Shown here piece by piece: positions 16,977 through 22,605 of a stretch of DNA of 37,917 nucleotides. The stretch covers positions 2,036 through 39,952 of the forward strand of contig JBBTTS010000014.1 in assembly GCA_038064135.1 (NCBI GenBank), read 5' to 3'. The DNA is from Patescibacteria group bacterium (GTDB taxonomy: Bacteria; Patescibacteriota; Saccharimonadia; Saccharimonadales; OMJO01). The position numbers and the translations under genes were made by a program. Positions within the stretch are counted from its first letter, which is position 1. Every line of letters starts with the position of its first letter. The notes beneath the pieces are model-generated. The model saw nothing but the letters and a program-made list of their open reading frames with translations, made no database searches and was not told where the DNA came from.

Positions 16977-19486
16977 AAGTTAGTTTAAACTGGGCGCAGT
17001 TTTATAGCAATGTCGATTTGAAGAGTATTGGCAAAGATGAGCTTTTGAAGCGTATCGGCGCACAACTTGGGGCTGTTGAAGATGTTGTAGAGTGGGGGCC
17101 GCGATACGACGGTATTGTGGTTGCTAAAGTTATCTCTTGCGAAAAACACCAGGCGGCCGACAAATTAAGCGTTTGTCGGATTGACGACGGTGGAGCCGTG
17201 CAAGACGTAGAGCGTGGCGACGACGGACTGGTGCAAGTTGTATGTGGTGCACCGAAGGTGGCTGAAGGCATGACCGTAGCGTGGATACCACCCGGAACCG
17301 TAGTGCCAAGCACCATCGACAAAGATCCGTTTACGCTAGAAGTTCGCGAAATTCGCGGCGCTAAAAGTAACGGCATGTTAGCCAGCGCGAGCGAGCTGGG
17401 CATCAGCGATAACCACGATGGCATACTAGAAATCAAAGAATCCGACGTGCTCACACCCGACCTTATGACTCTCGGAACGCCTTTTAAACAATTGTATGGC
17501 CTAGATGACGTGGTGTTTGACCTTGAGAACAAGATGTTTACCCACCGCCCAGACTGCTTTGGCATCTTGGGTGTAGCACGTGAGCTAGCAGGTATTTGCG
17601 GGCTGCAATTCAAATCACCAGATTGGTATACGCAGCCGATTACAATCGAATCAACAAGCCAACTTCCCTTTTCTTCAAGAAATGAAATACCAGAACTAGT
17701 ACCGCGTTTTATGGCACAAGTTGTCGAAGGCATACAAATTACCCAGAGTCCAACTTGGATGCTAGCCAGCTTTACAAGGACAGGGCTAAAACCAATTAAC
17801 AACATAGTGGATAGGTCTAACTATTACATGCAGTTAACGGCTCAACCGACCCACGCTTTTGACTACGACAAGGTCAAAGCGTTGTGTGGCGAACAAGTAA
17901 CAATCTTTCCGCGCTTAGCTAACGACGGAGAAGAGATAAAGCTTCTTGGAGGCAAAACTATAAAGCTAACCAACGAAGACATTGTGATTGCCACCGACAA
18001 ACAGGCAATCGCCTTGGCTGGTGTCATGGGTGGTGCCGAAACTGAGGTGGACGAAAACACCAAGAATATCATCATTGAGTGCGCCACATTTGATATGTAC
18101 GCCATTCGTCGTACCAGTATGCGCCATGGGCTATTTACCGACGCCGTTACTCGGTTTAACAAGGGTCAGAGCCCACTACAAAACCATGTTGTGTTAGCAA
18201 AACTGGTGAGCAACATGGTTAAGCATGCAGAAGGCAAGGCTGGCGAAGTTTACGATTCTAACCCAGACATCAAGCCCATGCCAGTAGTTAGCGTATCTAC
18301 AGAATTTATCAACCAAAGACTAGGCTCGTCTCTGACTACCGACGAAATAGCAGAAATGCTTCGCCGCGTTGAGTTCGAAGTGGGCCCAGAACTAGAAGTT
18401 AGTCCGCCATTTTGGCGCAGAGATATCGAGTTTCCGGAAGATATAGTAGAAGAAATTGGAAGGTTGTACGGCTACGATAAACTACCAGTGGCTTTGCCTC
18501 CTCGTGGCAGCAAGCCCGCAATTAAGTACGAGTTGTTAGAAAACAAGAAGCGACTTCGAAAGTTGCTGGCTGCTGCAGGCGCCAACGAAGTACTGACTTA
18601 TAGTTTTGTCCACGAAAACCTAATGCAAAAAGTTGGCCAAAATAAAGAAAATGCCTACCATGTCCGTAACGCCATAAGCCCCGATTTGCAGTATTACCGC
18701 ATGAGTCTGATGCCCAGCTTGCTCGACAAAGTTAATATGAATATTAGAGCTGGGTACGAGGAATTTGCTTTGTTTGAAATGAACAAAGTTCACAATAAAG
18801 ATCTGACCGAAGATGATTTGCCTATAGAAGAAAACCGCCTAGCGTTAGTCATTGCGGTTGACGACAAGGCTGCCAAGGCTAAAGCCGGAGCTGCATTTTA
18901 TCAGGCCAGACTCTACTTAGAGTGCGTTGCCCAGGCTTTTGGGGTTGAGTTAATCTATGAGCCAGCAACCACTCACGAACCCAAAATGGAAATCGGTAAG
19001 GCTGCAGTGGCACCGTTCGAACCACGGCGCAGTGCATATGTAAAAACTGTTGACGGTGAGTTGATAGCCGAATTGGGCGAATTCAAATCAACCACGCGCC
19101 AAAACCTTAAGCTTCCTTCATACACAGCTGGATTTGAGCTAGATATTGACCGGCTAATCGCACACGCCAAAAATCCGGTATACACCCCGCTTCCAAGATT
19201 TCCTAAGGTCGAACAAGATATAAGCCTACGGGTAAATAATGATGTCGCATTTGCTGATCTGCAAAGCTGTGTCGAGCAGGCTGTTATCGACCTGCAACCA
19301 GATCACAGCATTACATATGTCAACCCACTCGATATATATCAGAAAGCAGGCGAACCAGACAAACAAATTGCTTTTCGAATGAGTATCGCAAACTACCAGC
19401 GCACATTGACCTCTGAGGAAGTGAACACCTTGCTAGATAAGGCAGCCGAAGCGGCTAAGCAACAATTTGGTGCGGAGCGTATCTAG
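16973..19486 (+). CDS. pheT: phenylalanine--tRNA ligase beta subunit
   Basis: 837 aa; N-terminal tRNA-binding fold, B3/4 and B5 regions, C-terminal FDX-ACB-like end; ATGA overlap with the SDR stop. Confidence 0.97.
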   Translation: MKVSLNWAQFYSNVDLKSIGKDELLKRIGAQLGAVEDVVEWGPRYDGIVVAKVISCEKHQAADKLSVCRIDDGGAVQDVERGDDGLVQVVCGAPKVAEGMTVAWIPPGTVVPSTIDKDPFTLEVREIRGAKSNGMLASASELGISDNHDGILEIKESDVLTPDLMTLGTPFKQLYGLDDVVFDLENKMFTHRPDCFGILGVARELAGICGLQFKSPDWYTQPITIESTSQLPFSSRNEIPELVPRFMAQVVEGIQITQSPTWMLASFTRTGLKPINNIVDRSNYYMQLTAQPTHAFDYDKVKALCGEQVTIFPRLANDGEEIKLLGGKTIKLTNEDIVIATDKQAIALAGVMGGAETEVDENTKNIIIECATFDMYAIRRTSMRHGLFTDAVTRFNKGQSPLQNHVVLAKLVSNMVKHAEGKAGEVYDSNPDIKPMPVVSVSTEFINQRLGSSLTTDEIAEMLRRVEFEVGPELEVSPPFWRRDIEFPEDIVEEIGRLYGYDKLPVALPPRGSKPAIKYELLENKKRLRKLLAAAGANEVLTYSFVHENLMQKVGQNKENAYHVRNAISPDLQYYRMSLMPSLLDKVNMNIRAGYEEFALFEMNKVHNKDLTEDDLPIEENRLALVIAVDDKAAKAKAGAAFYQARLYLECVAQAFGVELIYEPATTHEPKMEIGKAAVAPFEPRRSAYVKTVDGELIAELGEFKSTTRQNLKLPSYTAGFELDIDRLIAHAKNPVYTPLPRFPKVEQDISLRVNNDVAFADLQSCVEQAVIDLQPDHSITYVNPLDIYQKAGEPDKQIAFRMSIANYQRTLTSEEVNTLLDKAAEAAKQQFGAERI

Positions 19487-19487
19487 C

Positions 19488-21248
19488 GTGATTCGGCTGC
19501 GTTGGCTTGCTTCGCTGGCGCTACTCGTAAGCTTTTTACTAACACCGTTGGTTGCTAGTGCAGATCTGCAAGATTTCACCATTACCAACTTCGATGCCGA
19601 CTATACACTGACCACAGAAGATCCCCAAGGGCTGTTAATAGTCAAAGAGCGTATCGACGTAGTTTTTACCAATAATAATCATGGGATTGAGCGGGCTCTA
19701 CCAGATAAGTATAAGGGCAAAAAACAGAACATTAGTAATATTCAAGCCTCCAAGGCAGACGGCAGTGCTTGGCCATTTAGCACCTACACTACCAATGATA
19801 ACTTGGTAATACGAATTGGCGACCCAAATCAGACAGTAACTGGCCCGCAAACATTTATAATTAACTACCAACAAGAGAATGTAATTAGTTTTTATGATGA
19901 CCACGATGAACTTTATTGGGACATTAACGGCGACCAATGGGCACAGCCCTTTACTAAAGTCACTGCAAACTTCCATTTGCCCACCGCAGTAAAATTAAAC
20001 CAGACCAAATGCTTTGCCGGCAAGTACGGCGAAAGTTCGCAGCAATGTAGTGTTTCAAAAACAAGTGACGGTATAAAAGTCGAAACGCTAAGAGCACTCC
20101 AGCCATACGAAACCTTGACTGGGTTAATTAGCATACAAAAAGGCAGTTTTGCCCAACCAACTAGGGTTGATTGGCTGAAAGAAAACCTCAAAAATATATT
20201 ATCGTTTTTGGCGTTGCCGATACTAGTTTTATTGCCTAGTTTTCGGTATTGGTATAAAAATGGCAAAGATTCAAAAGGTCGAGGCGTTATTGTTTCTCAG
20301 TATGACGCACCTGACAAATTGCGACCAGCAGAAGTTGGGACATTAGTTGATTACCGAGTAGACAACAGAGATATATCGGCAACAATTATAGACCTAGCAA
20401 TACGCAAATATTTAAAGATTATTGAAACCAAAAAAGATAGATTTTTGTTAAAAGACAAGTTGACATACGAGTTTGAGCTAATAAATCCAAGTACCACAGG
20501 ACTAAAAAGCTATGAACGAGATATTTTATGGGGAATATTCGGCGCCAAAACCGAAGTTGACATCCAGGTGGGTCAAATAGTCAACGTCAATGATTTAAAG
20601 GGCAAGATGTACAAAGTCATTCAGGAAGTCCGAGAAACGGTTAGTTTGTCTTTGGCTCAAGAAGGATATTTTAATGGAAGCCCCCTTAGGGTGGCTGGAA
20701 AGCTTTTTCTTGTCGTAACTGCTGTAGTCATCTCATTATTTGTTTTTGGCGCTATTTTGGGAATATGGTATGTTTTTGGCGGTTTAATAACCACGGCGTT
20801 CTTGATAATCTTTGCAATGTTGATGCCCAAAAGAACCGAAAAAGGAGTGATGGCAAAAGAACATATTGAAGGTCTGAAGCTATATTTGTCAGTTGCCGAA
20901 AAAGAAAGATTAAAGATGCTTCAGAGCCCGGATTCTCCCTACGCAAAAAAATCTTTAGGGCCGAAGCGAACCGTAGAATTATTCGAGAAATTGTTGCCAT
21001 TCGCCGTAGCCCTAGGCGTAGAAAACGCTTGGGCAAAACAGTTTGAAGACATCTACAAATCACCTCCTGATTGGTATAGCGGAAATTGGACTACCTTTAA
21101 TGCGTTGGTTTTTGCCAACAGTTTGTCGACCTCGTTAAATACAATGGGTGCTAATTTTTCACCACCAAGTAACTCTGGCAGCAGTGGATTTTCGGGTGGC
21201 GGAGGCTTCTCCGGCGGTGGTGGTGGAGGTGGTGGTGGTGGCTGGTAG
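19488..21248 (+). CDS. DUF2207-domain membrane protein with poly-Gly C-terminus
   Basis: The GTG at 19488 gives a signal peptide IRLRWLASLALLVSFLLTPLVASA (the track's GTG at 19467 overlaps pheT). Large exported domain, TM cluster, and a C-terminal SGSSGFSGGGGFSGGGGGGGGGGW typical of DUF2207. Confidence 0.8.
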   Translation: MIRLRWLASLALLVSFLLTPLVASADLQDFTITNFDADYTLTTEDPQGLLIVKERIDVVFTNNNHGIERALPDKYKGKKQNISNIQASKADGSAWPFSTYTTNDNLVIRIGDPNQTVTGPQTFIINYQQENVISFYDDHDELYWDINGDQWAQPFTKVTANFHLPTAVKLNQTKCFAGKYGESSQQCSVSKTSDGIKVETLRALQPYETLTGLISIQKGSFAQPTRVDWLKENLKNILSFLALPILVLLPSFRYWYKNGKDSKGRGVIVSQYDAPDKLRPAEVGTLVDYRVDNRDISATIIDLAIRKYLKIIETKKDRFLLKDKLTYEFELINPSTTGLKSYERDILWGIFGAKTEVDIQVGQIVNVNDLKGKMYKVIQEVRETVSLSLAQEGYFNGSPLRVAGKLFLVVTAVVISLFVFGAILGIWYVFGGLITTAFLIIFAMLMPKRTEKGVMAKEHIEGLKLYLSVAEKERLKMLQSPDSPYAKKSLGPKRTVELFEKLLPFAVALGVENAWAKQFEDIYKSPPDWYSGNWTTFNALVFANSLSTSLNTMGANFSPPSNSGSSGFSGGGGFSGGGGGGGGGGW

Positions 21249-21264
21249 CCAAGAAATTCTACTG

Positions 21265-21293
21265 TTGGAATAAATTGATAAAAATTGTATAAT
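21265..21293 (+). promoter_or_regulatory. candidate sigma70 promoter TTGGAA-17-TATAAT
   Basis: Perfect -10 at 21288-21293 with 17-nt spacing to TTGGAA; located just after the DUF2207 stop and facing the ORF-poor region. Confidence 0.4.
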
Positions 21294-21418
21294 ACTACAG
21301 CTTTTGGTCGAGAAATGCTCCCAAATAGCACCTTAACAGGTACAGAATCATAGTATTTTAGTGATTGCGCATGTAACCGACTTATTAAAATTTTGATTTG
21401 TTAGCTACATGTGTAATC

Positions 21419-21486
21419 TAGGACGTATTTGGAAGGATTATGGTCTTATGTCCTAAAGTCCGAGAGTTCGAGTCTCTACGACCACT
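21419..21486 (+). other. structured leader element: 6-bp stem (TAGGAC/GTCCTA) followed by a T-arm-like hairpin and tRNA 3'-end-like tail
   Basis: GAGAG-TTCGAGT-CTCT(A) hairpin at 21462-21478, then CGACCAC. There is no matching 5' acceptor strand or anticodon arm, so this is not a tRNA. Confidence 0.3.
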
Positions 21487-21634
21487 TGTTCTGATTGGTT
21501 CACAAAAATGCTGTTCACAGCTAAGTATACCACCCGGTAATACTAGGGCAACAATGTTTACTTAGTCATTATGGACGACGTAGTAGCCAGCAAAATGTTA
21601 CCCCGATCCCTACTCACCCAAGGAGGTGATTTAC

Positions 21635-21787
21635 ATGACCTTTCGAGGTCGATGCGGTGGTCGCAAGAACCGTCCGTCGGCTTGCCCAAAATGTAAGGGT
21701 AAGTTGTCTAACGCATTTGGGAAGTTGACTTGCAGTCATTGCGGCAACTCGGGCACATGCCCAGGCTGTCCCGACTGCGGTCGGTAA
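21635..21787 (+). CDS. 50-aa basic, Cys-rich (8 Cys) zinc-ribbon-like mini-protein
   Basis: Too short for the ORF track. Preceded by AAGGAGGTGAT (11 nt perfectly complementary to the 16S 3' tail) 4 nt before the ATG. Translation: MTFRGRCGGRKNRPSACPKCKGKLSNAFGKLTCSHCGNSGTCPGCPDCGR, with CPKC, CSHC and CPGCPDC. Confidence 0.6.
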   Translation: MTFRGRCGGRKNRPSACPKCKGKLSNAFGKLTCSHCGNSGTCPGCPDCGR

Positions 21788-21914
21788 CCCGAGGGGGCGT
21801 GACAGGACTATGAGAACAATTTGTGCCCCAAAAGGCCTTATTTTCACTTGTACCTGTTACGTCACCAATGTAAATTTACAAAAAATATTAAGTTTTTATT
21901 GTTGACGTCGGCTA

Positions 21915-21943
21915 TTGATTAATAGGTAAAAACGTTGTAAACT
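21915..21943 (+). promoter_or_regulatory. candidate promoter TTGATT-17-TAAACT
   Basis: Spacing and hexamers read directly; AT-rich context upstream of the tRNA-like element. Confidence 0.3.
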
Positions 21944-22096
21944 GGTCATCGTAATTGTGGTTGAGTTTAATTCGATTCCCCTGTTACGAACGTTGACAGA
22001 TGAAGAAACTACCCATTGAAAATGTTCCATGGGACGGTGCTGTTTGAAAATATAAAGTAGTTAAACAATACCGTCTCTATGATGAGGCAAATTTCA

Positions 22097-22175
22097 CGGG
22101 TAGAGCCAAAGTATCTGGGTTGCGGGCGCGACACTTGATATGGTTGGTAAGTTGGTTCGATTCCAGCCTACCCGA
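22097..22175 (+). ncRNA. tRNA-like element (acceptor stem, D-arm-like and T-arm intact; no anticodon arm)
   Basis: CGGGTAG/CTACCCG perfect 7-bp acceptor plus A73; T-arm GTTGG-TTCGATT-CCAGC; D-like GCCA-AAGTATCTGGG-TTGC. The 27 nt where the anticodon arm should be has no 5-bp/7-nt-loop solution. Confidence 0.45.
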
Positions 22176-22192
22176 CGAAGGGGTATTGGATT

Positions 22193-22214
22193 AGCAAAAA
22201 AGACGTTTTTTGCT
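22193..22214. terminator. A6/T6 hairpin AGCAAAAAA-GACG-TTTTTTGCT (weak, possibly bidirectional terminator)
   Basis: 9-bp perfect stem read directly, 18 nt after the tRNA-like element. Confidence 0.35.
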
Positions 22215-22223
22215 TCTTCAAAA

Positions 22224-22486
22224 CCCTTCGGGGGAGTATCGGACCAATACGGGTCCCCACCTCGCCGAGGTTCGATACTCCCACCTTCGCGGAGTGCTTG
22301 ACAAATCGTTATTACGGTTCACGCCCCCCTTTCGTGGATCGGTGGTCGTCAAGCACTCCGCATTAAACCGGCCCCCCAAAGAGCCGGAAACTGGGGAGCG
22401 GGGAGCGCCAAGCAAATCAACCTAAGCATTGGGCTGGAATGCAAAGGTTGGAGTAGCTTTGGCTGCCCCCCGCTTCCCTTCGAATA
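22224..22486 (+). ncRNA. unassigned GC-rich structured RNA: four consecutive helices with 5-7 nt linkers
   Basis: H1 22232-22241/22273-22282 (10 bp perfect, encloses GGACC/GGTCC). H2 22290-22302/22348-22360 (13 bp perfect) plus an inner 9-bp stem with loop CCCCCCTTT. H3 22368-22372/22383-22387. H4 22393-22478 (an 86-nt hairpin). Four G-U pairs on the plus strand would be A-C mismatches on the minus strand. Confidence 0.5.
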
Positions 22487-22605
22487 GGACAACCATTTTG
22501 CCCTTTAACGGCTAAATAAATCTTCATCTGTCCTTCTCTCTTAGCGTATTTAATTAAGTACTCTGAGCCAGAAGAAATTAAATTAACATGTTAAGCTTAA
22601 TTTAA

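Noticed and set aside
17002-17805. A 267-aa minus-strand ORF, and the many other 60-160-aa antisense or alternate-frame ORFs in the track (e.g. 1230-1706, 3371-3745, 5604-5915, 9674-10072, 10031-10453, 12829-13180, 19698-20266, 27208-27648, 36639-37034).
   Set aside because: Each is fully embedded in a longer gene with clear family motifs, and their compositions are Ser/Pro/Arg- or Ile/Leu/Phe-biased in the way expected of antisense or off-frame readings of real genes. They are shadow ORFs.
21411-21486. A tRNA gene ending at the T-arm-like hairpin.
   Set aside because: Only 3 of 7 acceptor pairs form, the T-stem has a G-A mismatch, and no anticodon arm can be drawn.
21418-21490. ykkC/guanidine-I-type riboswitch: CTAGG... 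start and a GTCCGAGAG 9-mer recalled from that family's consensus.
   Set aside because: The 3' half of the motif (ACGG...GGGA...AAAGCCCGGGAGA, from memory) is missing, and the downstream gene is not a typical ykkC-regulated transporter or carboxylase. My recollection of the consensus may also be imperfect.
21528-21539. T-box core: the minus strand reads TACCGGGTGGTA, containing GGGTGGTA.
   Set aside because: It is an 8-nt match only, on the strand pointing into the 3' end of the DUF2207 gene. There is no Stem I or specifier, no ACCGCG continuation and no regulated gene downstream.
21300-21730. Possible reduced RNase P RNA. AAAGTCCG (21455-21462) could pair with CGGCTT (21677-21682) exactly like P4 with its bulged U. 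CCACCCGG (21530-21537), AATACTAGGG and AAGAACC occur in the same order as in E. coli M1 RNA. CCCAAAT (21320) and ATTTGGG (21713) could form a P1.
   Set aside because: The would-be 3' P4 strand lies inside the Cys-patterned mini-ORF, which has a perfect SD. A 6-nt insertion would split the invariant ACAGAA-CCGGCUUA core. The ~70 nt between P4 and CCACCCGG is AT-rich and far too short for an S-domain. GGUAA and GGGUGAAA-type conserved regions are absent. An Infernal search with the RNaseP_bact models would settle it.
21614-21847. Track ORF of 77 aa on the minus strand.
   Set aside because: It is antisense to the mini-ORF, which has a far better initiation region and a patterned Cys content. 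It has no SD of its own.
22080-22098. ATGAGGCAAATTTCA resembles the pheS-pheT junction repeat ATGAGGCAATTCAAA.
   Set aside because: Only a 9-nt exact core (ATGAGGCAA) matches. That is expected by chance at roughly the 0.3 level in a 38-kb window on two strands, and the contexts are unrelated.
22231-22240. GGGGAGTAT resembles the conserved GGGGAGUAG of yybP-ykoY Mn2+ riboswitches, which sit upstream of membrane transporters.
   Set aside because: Here the string is fully base-paired in a perfect 10-bp helix rather than forming the L1 internal loop, and no matching 3' half (..AGCAAGACC..) is present.
22097-22290. tmRNA (ssrA): tRNA-like acceptor and T-arm at 22097-22175, and a GGGGAGTA... 5' end with a ...CTCCCACC 3' end at 22231-22285.
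   Set aside because: Neither acceptor has the G3-U70 alanine identity pair. The 5' and 3' acceptor strands are only ~50-70 nt apart, leaving no room for pseudoknots and a tag ORF. I found no plausible ...ALAA-type tag reading frame. ARAGORN would be the decisive check.
22210-22425. Track ORFs 22210-22425 (+, 71 aa, TTG start) and 22218-22415 (-, 65 aa); also the 38-codon minus-strand ORF 22528-22412.
   Set aside because: Both strands are open simply because the patch is GC-rich and full of inverted repeats. There is no SD, the starts are non-ATG or poorly spaced, and composition is odd (Pro/Arg/Gly-rich). The RNA-structure explanation is stronger.
22393-22478. SRP (4.5S) RNA: an 86-nt hairpin whose minus strand contains GCAGCCAAAGC, similar to E. 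coli GCAGCCAAGGC.
   Set aside because: There is no GNRA tetraloop and no conserved domain IV loops at the apex (the apical loop is a 7-mer). The G-U pattern also favours the opposite strand.
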